From positions 1-50,063 of the forward strand of contig JTLS01000017.1 in the NCBI GenBank assembly GCA_000826855.1: 50,063 nt of DNA, read 5' to 3'. A program made the translations under genes and the position numbers. The notes beneath the pieces were generated by a model, which searched no databases, was not told the origin of the DNA, and worked only from the letters and a program-made list of their open reading frames with translations. The stretch comes from Basidioascus undulatus (lineage: Eukaryota). Below are positions 49,363 to 50,063 of this stretch, one piece after another; position 1 is the first letter of the stretch, and each line of letters opens with the position of its first letter.

Positions 49363-50063
49363 TCAGAAGTCCGCCCACTCCTCATCCCCGCCCCAGCTGC
49401 CCTTCTTCTTGTGCCCCGTCTCCTTCTCCTTCCCCCCCGCCGCAGCCGCCGCGCTCCCCTTATTCTGCACCGTCTCCTGCCCGCCTCCCGGCACAGGGAC
49501 CGCGTAGCTCCCGTCTCTCGCGGCCGCATGGTGCGCCCCCGCATCGCCATCGAAGCTTGCAAAGAAGTCGTCCCCGTCCCGTGTCCCGCTCCCGCTGGGC
49601 CTAGGCGGGGGGGCGACGGTCGACCCGAGCCTGGAAGCGTACGTGTTAACGTCGACCCCGAGCTCGCGCTTGCTCCACTCGTTGCCCTTCTGCGCGGCGT
49701 CGCCCACCCACTTCCCCGCCGCGTCGAGGTAACCGCGCACGTCGTTCGAGAACGCCGGGTCGCGCACGCGCTCCAGCCCGGGCGCGACAACCCCGTCTTG
49801 GATGGCTTTCGCTGCGCCGCCCACCGCCGTGCTGAAGAACCCCCAGGACTTCGTCAAAGCGCTCATCGGGTCCCGCTGGAAGTCGTCGAGCGAAGGAGCG
49901 GCGCGCGAGGAGAGCGCGAAGGACGGGTGGGACGCCGCGTCGTCGGATGCGGGTGCGGGGGCAGGGGTGGACCCGAAGCCGACGTACCGCCCGCCTTGGG
50001 AGGGGGGGGGGTCGGCCGAGCGCGACGCGTTGGGCGCGGCGAGGGAGGCGAAGGAGTTCTCGT
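49363..50063 (-). CDS. GCS1: ArfGAP Gcs1/ArfGAP1-like protein, C-terminal part only
   Basis: Motifs NASRSADPPPSQGGRYVGFGSTP and DPMSALTKSWGFFS, and the terminal EWADF* are typical of Gcs1 C-termini. The zinc-finger GAP domain lies beyond the window. Confidence 0.8.
   Translation of the reverse strand, partial: ENSFASLAAPNASRSADPPPSQGGRYVGFGSTPAPAPASDDAASHPSFALSSRAAPSLDDFQRDPMSALTKSWGFFSTAVGGAAKAIQDGVVAPGLERVRDPAFSNDVRGYLDAAGKWVGDAAQKGNEWSKRELGVDVNTYASRLGSTVAPPPRPSGSGTRDGDDFFASFDGDAGAHHAAARDGSYAVPVPGGGQETVQNKGSAAAAAGGKEKETGHKKKGSWGGDEEWADF

Noticed and set aside
5..50063. Many long overlapping or antisense ORFs in the six-frame track
   Set aside because: These are expected shadows of GC3-rich coding sequence: Arg/Ser/Pro-rich with no recognisable motifs.
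49990..50063. Divergent residues and a G10 run at the ArfGAP window edge
   Set aside because: The frame is preserved. Differences may be low-quality terminal sequence and are not interpretable.

Overview
This is GC-rich, intron-dense fungal genomic DNA, most likely from a basidiomycete. Introns are short (about 50-100 nt), with GTGCGT/GTGAGT/GTACGT donors and CTRAC-like branch points. By manual splicing I read about 18 protein genes and one tRNA, in order: BRD8/Bdc1-like (partial), CSN4, a disrupted YbjQ/UPF0145-like gene, DUF4504/C1orf74-like, TRS130, a small orphan PPxY protein, condensin YCG1, DHR1 helicase, an FMN alpha-hydroxy-acid oxidase ending in PKL, NSA1/WDR74, an intron-containing tRNA-Leu(UAA), a MYND-finger pseudogene, Egh16/DUF3129-like, LCL2, RTC3/SBDS-like, MLH3, a class 3 lipase, RPA135 and a GCS1-like ArfGAP (partial). 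Four observations stand out. (1) The tRNA-Leu(UAA) is atypical and sits inside a ~95-bp imperfect inverted repeat made from its own 3' end and trailer. (2) Several splice sites are non-canonical: two CAT acceptors in the DUF3129 gene, a GG donor in MLH3, and GC donors. (3) Accessory genes show decay while the housekeeping genes beside them appear intact. (4) The RTC3 promoter has a CRE+STRE+TATA arrangement. All identifications are by motif recognition; no database search was run.
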